NCBI GenBank assembly: GCA_036172245.1 | Contig: JAYWIR010000092.1 | Coordinates: forward strand, 1-64,000 | Direction: 5' to 3' | From: Raillietiella orientalis | Lineage: Eukaryota | DNA: 64,000 nt | Shown here: positions 11,918 to 23,200 of the stretch, in pieces | How the letters are laid out: every line of letters begins with the position of its first letter | Position numbering within the stretch: the first letter of the stretch is position 1 | Made by a program: the position numbers and the translations under genes | The notes under the pieces: generated by a model | What the model was told of the DNA's origin: nothing | The model's database searches: none | Seen by the model: only the letters and a program-made list of their open reading frames with translations

Positions 11918-14900
11918 TCACAGTCTGCTGGGAGGGTCCGTCATCCTCTGGAGGATGCCGGCAAGCTGTTTCTGCTTGTGTGGTTCCAGATGGGGCCATC
12001 GCGTCGCCATCCTGAGGAAACGGGCAGCATACACGTTGGCATCCCTGTCGCTGGATCCTTCCGTCGCTTTGCTCCATGCCACGACGATCCCGCGTAGGCA
12101 GCACAGGGCTGCAAGCGAGGCCGCTGGAGGCAGGGCGTCACGGACGAAGAGGGAGCGCAAAGCGTCTCTGGGGTTGCCTCCGGGCATCCCCAGGGCTGCG
12201 GCAAAGCGTTCCCATAAGGGACGGAGGGCAACACAATCCACTAAAAGGTGGGGGAGGGATTCACTCTCCCCGCACCTGACACAATTAGGGTTTACACCCT
12301 CCCGCGTCCAGTGGTGTCGGCGGGCGTTGCAAGGAAGCCCCCAATGCAACACCATCAGTGCCGACTGTTGCCACTTCATGGGGAGGGTGCGCGAGTCCAT
12401 GAGCACCGGAGGCCACTCGAGATGTTCCTCTGGAACATCCAGTAGCTCTCCCTAGCGCAAAAGTCCATTTGGGTTGGTCCTCGGGGTCGCAGCGTTGGTG
12501 AGCTGACCCGTTCTTGAATCCCCGATCTTCTTTGCCCTGCTGGCGATCTTCACAGTTACCTCCCATTGTGCCGCGACGTCGCTGCACAGATGTTCCCGTA
12601 GGGTAGGCAGTACCGCAGCAAGGGAGGTTGTTTGTGCCCACGCTCTCCTTCGGGAATTCTCGATGATTTCTCGGAGCGTGCGGCGGGCATGCGGCCCGAA
12701 CAGAGCTATTCGCTCGTGCTGCGGGCTCTGCTCCTGAATCATCGCCCACGTGCGGACGGTTTCCTGCAACCAGCCAGGACCGTTCGTGAGGCGTACGAGG
12801 ATCCGCGCCGAGTTGTTCTTCACGAGCTTGGCCGCCCTCCGAAGTTGAAGTCCGCAGTGGCAGATGGGGCTTCGGAGTGCAAAGTAGGACGAGAGTCCCG
12901 CATTGCCGGTGGCCCGCTCGACGAGGAGACGTGCAGGCAGGCACCAAGGGGTGCACCAATTTCCTGCCATAAAGGCAACAACTCGGAACTGGAGCTGTAG
13001 CTCCAGCCGCTCCAACGTCAGGAGGCCCAGACCACCATCCCCACGAGGAGCGCACAAGTCCGATAGACGGACTCGGGGCCTCCCTCTGCCCCAAAGGGCG
13101 ATCCTCAGGAGGTCCTTCGTCCTCTTCTTTGACTCCGCTGAGGGGGGGCAAACAAAAAGCAAGGGGCGAAGGAGGGGGGCCGCAAACGCGTTTCACGCCG
13201 CGGCCCGTTCCTGCAGGTAGAACCTGCCGTCCTGGAACGGGTCGATCGCCGCCTGAGCCTTCTGAAGGCAGCCGGACCACGCTTCCGCAGGGGAGTAATC
13301 CCCCAACGGCACACCAAGGTACTTGAAGTACCTCACCGTAAGGATCCCCAAACGGACCTAGTCCTGCTGCCCTGCCCACGCCGCTCCGACTGGCATTACG
13401 GACGACTTCGCCCTGTTCACCGTCAGTCCTGTTCCACGACTCAGCAGGTCGAAGAAGTCCTCGACCGCCGAGGCCGGGGTGGACATAGGCAGCAGCAGCA
13501 GAAGGTCGTCCGCGTACGCCGAAACCGCAGGCGTACCGGGGTAATCGCACGGCAGGTGCGCAAGAGTCTCCCTGTACGCTCTCAGCACCAATTCGAAAAG
13601 GCGCTAAAGAGCAGGGGGCTCAGGCTGTCTCCCTGCCGTATGCCGCGTCGCACCGGTACTCCGTGCACGGTTTGCCCGCTGAAAAGAACATTAATGAGCG
13701 CGTCGCGCCAGCTGGAGCGCAGGTAGGCCAACAAAGAGGCCGGGAAGCCCAAGCGTTCCAGAAGCTCCAGGAGGAGATTCTGGTCGACGCTGTCGAATGC
13801 TTTACGCAAGTCGACAGCGACCGCAAGGGCTCCCTTCCCCACCCAACCGTTCCGTCTCCCGCCAACGGACGCACCGGAATTCCGGCTGCTCAATAAGCCC
13901 CTTCCTTGTTGGAGCTCTAACCATGTGGAAGCGTGGAACAGGTTCGCCTCCATGCTCCGCCCGGGAACAGCATAAGTCTGTTCCGGGCTGATGAAGATGT
14001 TGGCGACCCGTCCCAGGCGCTCTGCCCACATCTTGGCTAGCAACTTGGCGTCCGCATTCACTATTGTGATGGGACGCCAGTTGTTCATGCTCCTTAGGTC
14101 TCCTCCCTTCAACAGGAGCCGCACCTTTGCTGAACGAAACGAATTGGGAACGTCACCTGTTTCACGGATCAGCAAGGTGAGCTGATGTACCAGGGGAGTA
14201 AGCTCAGTTGCGAAAGTTTGGTAAAACTCCGCGGGCAGGCCGTCCTCCCCTGGAGCCTTCAGCCTCTTGAGCTTTCCGATGGCCGAGAGGATCTCGTCCA
14301 TCGTGAAAGGCTCGTCGAGGCTTCTTTTCTCCTCCTCCCCGATCGCTGGAGCACCTTCCGGAAGCAGAAGTCGTGAGACGTCTCGCTCCGGAGGCGCCCT
14401 GGCGTACAGGGAGGAGTAAAATTTCCTTACTATCCCGCGTTTCTGAGCAGGAACCGAGTGCTCCCGGCCCTGGTCGTCCAGCAAGCTGGCCGATCCGGAT
14501 TGCCAGGCTTGCCTCTCGGCTCCCGCTCGGTACTCTGCTAACCTGCGCATGTCGGGGGTTCTCGCGTAACGTCGGGCCTGAAGATAGCACCTTTCGTTAC
14601 GCGGCCCCTCCCCCAAACCCGCAGGTAGGCGATGCAGGGGGAACTGATCGCAGAACTCCTGGACGGACCGCTTGAAGCGGTCCCAGTCCTGAAGTGTCTG
14701 CATCCTGAAGCTCCGAATAAACGCGCGGAGGTGCTCCGCCGAGTCGGGAAACTTCAGCCAGTCCCCTGGCAGACGCCACGCTGACGTGGGGGCCCCTTGT
14801 CGCGCGGACGCACTTCGAACATAATCCGACCATGGTCCGACAGCTCGGATGGTACCTTGCCGCGCCTGCCCACCCGACAGCATAGGTGCTGATCAAGGTA

Positions 14901-15497
14901 CACGTGATCGGTGCTGCTTTCCATGGCCGTGTCCCCGGCCAACAAGTTGCGCGTGTTCATTTCTGCGCACAACTCGTTGACGCCGTCGTTCAGTGTTTCC
15001 GGCGCACCTGAAAGCAGGCGCAGGTTGAAATCACCTGCGATCAGGTGCGCTTTGCGAACTCCTGCATCGGTCAGCCAATCGCGTCTTAGGGCAAGGTAGA
15101 ATTCCCTTCTTGCCTTCGCCTTCAACGCGTTATTTCCGCTAGGAGCGTAGAGGTTGGTGACGACCAGGTCGATAGAGTCGCACGAGCTGAGAGTCAGCTG
15201 ACCGACGCGACCTGCGTCATCGAACCGAACGTCCTTTATTGCGGTGTCGATGGCTGGCCGAAGAAGGAAGGCGACACCGCTTGATTTCGCGGTGCCGCAA
15301 CGCCACAACAGCCGCCCACCCGAGATCCGTTCGATCTCCCGGGCTTGATCTGCGGAGATCACGTGGATCTCCTGCAGCAGCACCAGGTCGAAGGATGCCA
15401 GGGGGGCGGCCACGTCACGCCTCTTGCCGTCGTCGCTTAGCCCGTTCACGTTCCAACAGGCGATCAGAAGACGACGGCGAGAGGCGATTCCCGGCAT
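11918..15497 (-). pseudogene. LINE ORF2 (APE, RT, CCHC finger), ~1190 codons, with frameshifts and stops
   Basis: Pieces 14754-15497 (APE), 13582-14883 (RT), 13358-13591 (YADD), 12452-13162, 11918-12406 (CVRCGESESLPHLLVDC). Confidence 0.93.
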
Positions 15498-17155
15498 TAT
15501 GGCTGGGAAAGTGGCGTCGCGGCACCTGCCGCGGGGCAGGTGTACGAAAGGTCCATCGGTACGAGGACCATCGGAACGAGGACGGAGGCCTCTTCAGGCG
15601 CCTGGGGTACCTGTTCGGCCTCCATCCTCACCATCCTTTCCGTGTCCGAGCGTGGAATTCTCTCGGGCGACGGGTCCCGGGAGTTTCCCACGCTCATGGC
15701 ACCCTCGCTACCGGAAGCCATCTCTTCCCCTTCGTCGGGGGAGACGATCTTCCGGGGCATTGTGGACTTTCGTCCTGCCTTTTTGCGGGGTGCCGCGGAG
15801 ATCGATGCTGTGTTTCCGGCCTTCACCTCGGGGTCGGAAGTGGCCGACTCCTGAGGGGAAGCCGGACGCCTGACGGCCTTCTTGCCAGCCTTGGGGGCAA
15901 CCGGCTGCAACGAGGCAGCCAGCTCCTCCGCGGCGCGCTCGAAGGCGGCGTCATCGAGCGTGGGCTCGAAGACGGACGCCGCCGCCTCGCTTCCCTCCTT
16001 GTTGACTTTGTCAACGGAGGGTTGAGCAGGGGCAGCAGCGAGTTCTTTAGCGCCGCATTCGTCGATGGCGGGAATCCGCTCTACAACGACGCAGCAGATT
16101 TTAATTTTATCGCGGCGCAGAGCGGTTTCGCTCCGTTTCGCCACGTTCTTTCCCTTCTTATGGGAGTTTTTCTTGGGGTCGACCTTCTGCCACCCTGGCT
16201 CTTGATCCTCGCCCTCGACCTTTTCGGCGTCTTTCGCCGAAGTCTCGGGGCTGGCCTTCGCCTTGGTGGCGGAGGTGACCTCCTTAGCAGCAGCACGAGC
16301 TGCCAGCTTTTTTCTCTTTTTTGCCGCGCGCTTTCTCGCGTTTTTCGCGGACACGACGCGGACTGTGTTTTGGGGGCACACCAGACGGGTGTGCCCCGCT
16401 TGTTTGCATTGCTGGCACTGCACGCTCGGACACCTCATTTTAAGGTGACCAAAGCTGCTGCAGCAGCCGCAAAACTTGGGTTTCTCCACGTACCACACGT
16501 CAACGGATTCACCGTTGACGGTGAGTTTGTGGGGAATCTCACATCCCTCGCGAACCGTCACTCGCGCTGCACCCAGGCCGCCAAGTAACCCGTCGTAATC
16601 GACAAAAGGAGTAGGCTTGCCCCACAGCGCGTGGACAGTTGCGAATTTTTCCAATTCGTTCCGGACGGCCTCCTTCGTCATCCGGAACGTGATACCGGTC
16701 TGGTGAATGATCACCGACCGGTCTTCAGTTATTGGGAGAAGCCTCCGGCTGCCCATACTTACGGGGGTTCGCAGAAGTCTCTGCGCAAGAGTTGCCTCCT
16801 TGCAGATAACTTGCACAAATTGACCCCCGCTTCTGACGGACATAGCCAGAAGCTCCTCTTTCTGTACGCCGAGAACGCGCATCGCCTGTGAGAAGGCGCG
16901 CGCGTTCTCGGGAGAATATAGACCGCCTACCTTATATAGAAGGGGTGGGTTATACCCCTCCTCCAGGTAAGCGCGCATTTCCGCCATAGCCGCTGACGTA
17001 GGTGCCGCAGCCACGGCGTTCCAAGCCCTGGGTAGGGCCGGGGGCGCATCCGTGCTGGCGGGAGCCTCCAGTGATGCGGGAGCTCCCACCTCCATCTGCT
17101 TCAAGGGCAATGAGGTCATCGTTCCCGGATCCTCACCGGTGGTGGTATCAGGCAT
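15497..17155 (-). CDS. LINE ORF1 (gag-like nucleic-acid-binding protein, two CCHC knuckles), intact, 552 aa
   Basis: Uninterrupted ORF with CGCCSSFGHLKMRC and CQQCKQAGHTRLVC followed by a basic and low-complexity tail; its stop overlaps the ORF2 ATG. Confidence 0.9.
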   Translation of the reverse strand: MPDTTTGEDPGTMTSLPLKQMEVGAPASLEAPASTDAPPALPRAWNAVAAAPTSAAMAEMRAYLEEGYNPPLLYKVGGLYSPENARAFSQAMRVLGVQKEELLAMSVRSGGQFVQVICKEATLAQRLLRTPVSMGSRRLLPITEDRSVIIHQTGITFRMTKEAVRNELEKFATVHALWGKPTPFVDYDGLLGGLGAARVTVREGCEIPHKLTVNGESVDVWYVEKPKFCGCCSSFGHLKMRCPSVQCQQCKQAGHTRLVCPQNTVRVVSAKNARKRAAKKRKKLAARAAAKEVTSATKAKASPETSAKDAEKVEGEDQEPGWQKVDPKKNSHKKGKNVAKRSETALRRDKIKICCVVVERIPAIDECGAKELAAAPAQPSVDKVNKEGSEAAASVFEPTLDDAAFERAAEELAASLQPVAPKAGKKAVRRPASPQESATSDPEVKAGNTASISAAPRKKAGRKSTMPRKIVSPDEGEEMASGSEGAMSVGNSRDPSPERIPRSDTERMVRMEAEQVPQAPEEASVLVPMVLVPMDLSYTCPAAGAATPLSQP

Positions 17156-17237
17156 TTCTGCCTAATCCTCCACCCACACCACGCAAGAGCACCAACGGAA
17201 ATGGAACTCAGGAGCAACGAAAAGGCACGTCCGCTCG

Positions 17238-20200
17238 ACGCTCCGCAGTCTCCAAGACTGGGACCTCTTCAAGGCCTCGGTCCGCGAGTTCTGCGAGGAG
17301 TTTCCCCTTCACCGCCTGCCCCCCGGATTCGGGGAGGGGGCTCGGAACCATCGGGCCTATCTACAGATCCGCCGGTACGAGAGGACCCCGAATGTCCGTC
17401 GCCTCGCGGAATATCGAGCCGGGGACGAACGCCAAGCCTGGAAATCCGGGTCGGCCAACTTGCTGGACGACCAGGGCCGGGAGCGATCCGCCCCACCCGC
17501 GATCAGGCACCTCGTGCGACGTTACTACTCCTCCCTCTACGCTAGGGCACCCCCAGAGCAAAACGCTTCGCGGTTCCTGCTCCCGGATGGAGCCCCGGCA
17601 ATAGGGAAGGAGGAGAAGATCAGCCTCGACGAGCCTTTTTCTACCGGTGAAATCCTCGCCGGTATTAAAAGGCTCAAGAGGCGAAAGGCGCCAGGGGAGG
17701 ACGGCCTGCCTGCGGACTTTTTTCAATGCTTCCCGACAGAGCTGGCCCCCCTGGTGCTCCAGTTGACCGGGCTGATCCGAGACGAAGGCGACGTTCCCGC
17801 CTCGTCTCGGTCAGCCCGTGTGAGGCTCCCCCCGAATTGAGGAGACCTGAGATCCCTAGACAACTGGCGTCCGATCACAATTGTGAATACGGACGCCAGG
17901 CTGATCGCTGGACTGCGGGCTTTGCGTCTAGGACAGGTGACAGACTCCATAATTAGCCCGGAGCAGACATACGCTGTTCCCGGGCAAAGTATGGATGCCA
18001 ACCTGTTCTTCGCGAGCACATGGTTCCATGTGCAACGCTGCCTGAATGAAACTGGCGTAAAGATTGGCAACCCAACTTTGGGGCCGCCAGCTGGGCTGGG
18101 AATGGACACCCGGGCTGGGAAGGGGGCCCTAGCGATCGCGGTCGATCTCCATAAGGCGTTCGACTGCGTTGACTAGGAGCTACTGTTGGAGCTCCTGGGT
18201 CGCATGGGCTTCCCACCCTCCCTTCTCTCCAACCTGCGCTCATGCTGGCGCAACGCCATAATTAACATCTGCTTTTCCAGCCAACAGGTGTACGGCGTGC
18301 CGGTACGGCGGGGCATACGGCAGGGCGATAGCCTCAGTCCCCTGCTCTTCAGCACCTACTTTGAGTTGGTGCTGAGAGCGTACAGGGTAAGTTTGGCTGC
18401 CCTGCCCAGCTCGTGCTCCGGTACGCCCGCCGTAGCAGCATACGCCGACGACCTTCTGCTCATGTTGCCCATGTCCGCTCCGGCAGCCGCAGTCGAGGAT
18501 TTCTTCGACCTGCTAAGTCGTGGGACTGGACAGCGGGTAAACAAGGCGAAGTCGTCGGTCGTACCGGTGGGTGCGACGTGGGTCGGACGGCCTGACTGGA
18601 TCCGCTTGGGAATCCCCACGGCCAGGTACCTGAAGTACCTGGGTGTCCCGTTGGGGGACTTCTGCGTTGCAGAAGCCTGGTCAGGTCGTCTCCAGAAGGT
18701 AGAGTTGGCAATCGGCCCGTTCCTGGAAGGCAAGTTCCTTCTGCCGGAACGGGCCGCAGTTTAAAACGCCCTGGCGGCCCCCATCCTCCGCCCCTTGCTT
18801 TTTGTTTGCCCCGCCCCAGGAGTAGTTAAAAAGAGGATGAAGGACCTCCTCCGCATCGCCCTTTGGGGCAAGGGGAGGCCCCGAGTCTCTCTGCAGGACT
18901 TGTGCGCTCCGCGTCGGGACGGTGGTCTCGGCCTCCTCACGCTGGAGCGCCTGGACATACAGCTGCGATGGCGCACCCTCGCCATCGCAGCAAAGTCATG
19001 GAGCACCTCTTGTTGCGTTCCGGCCCGCATCCTCGCCAGCCGTGTGTCCAGGACGCAAGGACTCGCGTCGTACCTTCTGTGCTCTGGCAGGAAGGTCAGA
19101 AGATGCGGCCTTCTTCTTGGGCGCATGGAAGCCCTGGTGAGAGACAACGGCTGGACGGTATGCAGCCCCTTCAACTCCTCCGCCTTGCTGGAGGAATCCG
19201 TTGCGACGTGGGCCAAGCTGAACCTGCAGACTTCCCCGGACTGGAACCGCCTGCGTTTCGGCCCCAACGCCTGCTGCACACTGCGGACTACTCTGGAGTG
19301 TCCCGCCAGGAGCACGTGGGCGGAGACTACTTCCCTAGCTTCGACCCTGCCCTTCCTATGAAGGGCATTAACGAGCGCCCGCAAGCCAAAGTGGCAAGTC
19401 TCCTACCGAATAGCAGGCAAGGAAAAGAAGATGAGCGGTTGGACCATGGGAGAACTGGCAGATGCCACAACCCCGAGTGCCCTCCCTCGTGGACTTCGTC
19501 GATGGGGCGAGCTGCTCGGCATCCCGACGGATGACCTGAAGTGGCCCCCAATACTGATAGGATCCAGGCCTCTCCCCCTGAAGTGGCAAGTGTCGGCGCT
19601 GCTGCTGTTGCACTGGAATCTACCCTGCAACGCGCGCCGCTTCCACTGGACGCGATGGAGTGTAAGGCCTGAGTGTGCCAGGTGTAAGGAGCAGGAATCG
19701 CTCCCCCACCTACTAGTTGACTGTTCTGCCCTTTGACCCCTGTGGGAACGGTTCGGGACGACCTTCGGGCTCCCAACGGGCAGCGCGCCTAGAGAGGTTC
19801 TTCGGCCCCTCTTCGTGCGGGATGCCCTGCCTCACGCCGCAGCCCTCGCAGTTCTCTGCTGCATCCGGGGCATCGTGGCGGCATGGAGCGACATTCGCGA
19901 CGAAGGAGTGGATGCCAACGTGAGGGATGTCATCCCGTATGCGGTCTGCTTCATGCGGAGAGCAGCGAGATGGCCCCATCTGGGAAACATGAAGATGGAC
20001 CTAGAGGGCATCCTGAGAAGGATGGACCCTCCTCTAAGTAGAACGTGATCCCTTCCCCTCCCTCCAAACTCTTTTTTGTTTTCCTTATCTTTGTTTTTCT
20101 TTTTGTTTTGATCCCTATCCCCCTCCACTGCCGAGGAGCGTCACGCCGGGCTGCGTCCCGGCGTCCCGGCAGGTCCGGTGTTGTGTGGCCGTTAGTGGGA

Positions 20201-20262
20201 CCTTGTACCACGTTTATGTAGAGTTTTTTCAATAAACGCCCCGGGCGTACCTGGGTGACAAC
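17238..20262 (+). mobile_element. Family B LINE, 3' half (RT, zinc finger, 3' UTR); continuation of 9511-11704
   Basis: Resumes at LQDWD; YADD in ORF 18186-18764; CARCKEQESLPHLLVDC; AATAAA at 20231 plus hairpin. Confidence 0.92.
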
Positions 20263-20275
20263 CCCAACTCCCTTG

Positions 20276-23200
20276 GAGAGCGGACGTGGTTTTCCTGAGC
20301 TCCCGAGCGAGTCGACAGGAAGCGGTTTTTTCCTTGTGTGTGTTCGTGTGGAACATCGTTGGTGTCCGATGGCAGCGATGCCTGAGGACACCACGATAAA
20401 GGTAGGTGTGGGGGAGGCATGCCCACCCCCACAGCCTGCAGAATTAGGGACGTCCGCCCTGAAATCATCCCCGACAACGCCGAGTACGTGGCGCGCCATG
20501 GTTTCCGCGCCGAGCGCGGAAACCTTGGCAGAGCAAGCGGCCTACAGGGCCTCCGGATATAAACCATCTCTGGTTTAGAAGGTAGGACCCTTGTTTGATG
20601 GTCGCACAGCCCGGACTTTTAGTAGGGCACTGCAGGATTTCCCTGTACGCGAGGAGGATCTTGACGGCCTCTCCGTACTTAGCGGGGGACAGCGCGTGGA
20701 GGTCGTCTGCAAAGACGTAGCCTTAGCACAGCGCCTCATTAACACCCCGCTGAATGTGGATGGCCGAAAGATCCTTCCGGTTAGCATGCCGGAAGGATCT
20801 ATCTAACCGGCATTACGAACCGCATGACGCGATCTGCGGTGAGTAATGCACTAAGTAAGTACGGTGAGATACACGCGTTGTGGCCAAAGCCTACCATTTT
20901 CGAAGGCTTTAATAGCCATTTCGGTGGCCAGGCCGCACCACGGGTAACAGTTAATGAGGGCAGTGGCTTGCCCCACAAACTGGAGGTCGCAAAGAAATCC
21001 GTCGACCTCTGGTACGTGGGGAAACCCCGCTATTGTGGCTACTGCGATGCAGTAGGGCACTTGCGCAAGCGGTGCCCGAATATCGAGTGCCACTTGTGCG
21101 GGGTTAAGGGACACGTTCGTCGTGTGTGCCCCAAACGCCACACCCCTGTGCCAACTGCTGCCAACAAGGCGCAGGCCAAAAAAGGAAAAAAGGTCCAAAG
21201 TCCTTATCGCGAAACTGGCCGGCCCCAGCCGCCATCTCCTGTTCCTCCCACCCAGGCGTCGGAGGAAACATCCGCTGAAGACGCGGGAGAGGAAGAAGGA
21301 TGGAAGCTGGTAAAGGCCAGAAAAGAAAAAAAAGTTCCCCTCGTGAAACCCGCGAGAGCGAAGAGAGAAAAGAGCGCGAAACCGAATAAACCAAGTACGC
21401 GCTCGAAAACTCTTCGCGAGTGCACGGTGGCACTCGAACGGATTGCCGTCCCCGAGGCTGCCACTCGGGGCGACGAGCCTCCCTCGCCGTTTCCGCCGCG
21501 CCCGAGGTTCGCAGCGACGAACCCTCTGTTTGCACAGAGGGTGAGCCGCGCGAAGCGCGCGCCGAAAGCGAGGACGCCGCGTTCGCGCAGGCGGCGGAGG
21601 AGCTCGCGGCCACGCTGGCCGAGCGTGAGAACCCCTCACACAAGGCCGTGCGAAGGCCGGCTCCGCCGAAGAAGGCCCCGCAGGTGAGTGCGACTAAAGG
21701 GCCGGAAGTGCATCTCCTCGTCGGAGGCCCCCCCCGGAAGACGGGACGCAAGTCCCAAAAGCCAAAGAGGCGCCTCCCCTCCACGAGCGAGGAGGAGAAG
21801 ACGGAAGCCGTCGCCAGCGTGGGAAATTCGGAGGAGGAATTCCCACGCTCGGAAGCCGTCGATCCGGCCACCCCCATGGAGGAGGGTGAACAGGGGGGTG
21901 AAGTCCCCCCTGCAGGCGACGACCCTGAACAGCCCGCCCCCATGGAGAAGGGCGAACAGGTAGGCGCGACCCCACCGGAGGGTGACCCGCCCGACGCGCC
22001 AAAACCGATGGAGCAGGGGGAGCAGGTGCTCGATACACCTGTCCCTCCTGCCCCAACTGGCGTTCCGCCCCAACAGGTGGCGGACGCCGCAGAGCGCATT
22101 TCCCAGGAATGACACCTGGGCTCGCCTGTCGCCGTCGAATCCGCGTGGCCAGTTGGAACGTCAACGGGCTGCGCGACGACGGCAACAGACGAGATAAGGC
22201 CGACACCCTGCGTGAGTTCGACCTAACCCAGCTGCACGAGATCCACGTGATCACCTCGGCTGACGTCCAGGAGATCGAGACGGTCGCGGGGGGTCGACTG
22301 TATTGGCGATGCGGCGCTCGCAACACCTGTGGGGTCGCATTCTTCGTCAAGCCGGCCATCGACGCTGCCGTGAAGGGCGTACGCTTCGATGAGGACGGTC
22401 GGGTCGGTCAGCTGATTCTCAGCTGGTCCGACTCGATCGAATTGATCGTCACGAACGTGTACGCCCCAAGCGGGAAAGGAGGATACAGCGACCGTACCAG
22501 GTTGCTGGAAACCCTGAAGCGCGACTGGCTGGCCGATACGAACGTGCGGAAGGCACACCTGATAGCTGGGGACTTTAATCCCCGTCTGCTGTCAGGTGAG
22601 CCCGAAGCACAAGAACGCACGGCCAACAAGTTGTGCGCTGCAATGCGCACGCCTAACTTGTTGGCGGACGCGTAGGGAATGGACCGCAGCATCGACCACT
22701 TCATCCTGGATCTCGACCTGTGCTCGCGGGTCGGCAAACGTGGAAAAGTTGCGTCGACGCTGTCGGACCATTCCAGGTTAATCGCCGAGGTATGCCCGCG
22801 CGATGAAAAATTCCCGGTTAGGGTGTGGCGGTTGCCTGGGGACTGGAGGCGGCTCTCAGGTGCGAGAGAACACCTTCGCGGATTGCTGAGAGGCGTCACC
22901 CTCCGCAGTCTCATAGATTGGGACCTCTTAAAGGACTCGGTAAGCGAGTTCTGCGAGCAGTTCCCCCTGGACCGCCTGCCCTCCGGATTCGGCGAGGGTC
23001 CTCGCAACCATCGGGCCTATTTACAGGCCCGCCGGTACGAGAGGACCCCCAATGTCCGTCGCCTGGCCGAATATCGAGCCGGGGCCGAGCGCCAAGCCTG
23101 GGAATCCGGGTCGGCCAGCTTGCTGGACGACCAGGGCCCAAAGCGATCGGCCCCACCCGCGATCAGGCACCTCGTGCGGCAGTATTATTACTCCCTCTAC

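Larger units (their letters stand above)
11705..17237 (-). mobile_element. Full-length (~5.5 kb) family A LINE with 17-bp target site duplication
   Basis: Flanks ACGCTCCGGAATCTCCA (11688-11704) and ACGCTCCGCAGTCTCCA (17238-17254), 15/17 identical; 5' motif GAGCGGACGTG; ORF1, ORF2, 3' UTR, terminal hairpin. Confidence 0.93.

Noticed and set aside
9985..16588. Long antisense or alternate-frame ORFs (9985-10737, 12285-13550, 15239-16588)
   Set aside because: These are shadow frames of GC-rich LINE coding sequence, with no motifs and no conservation between copies
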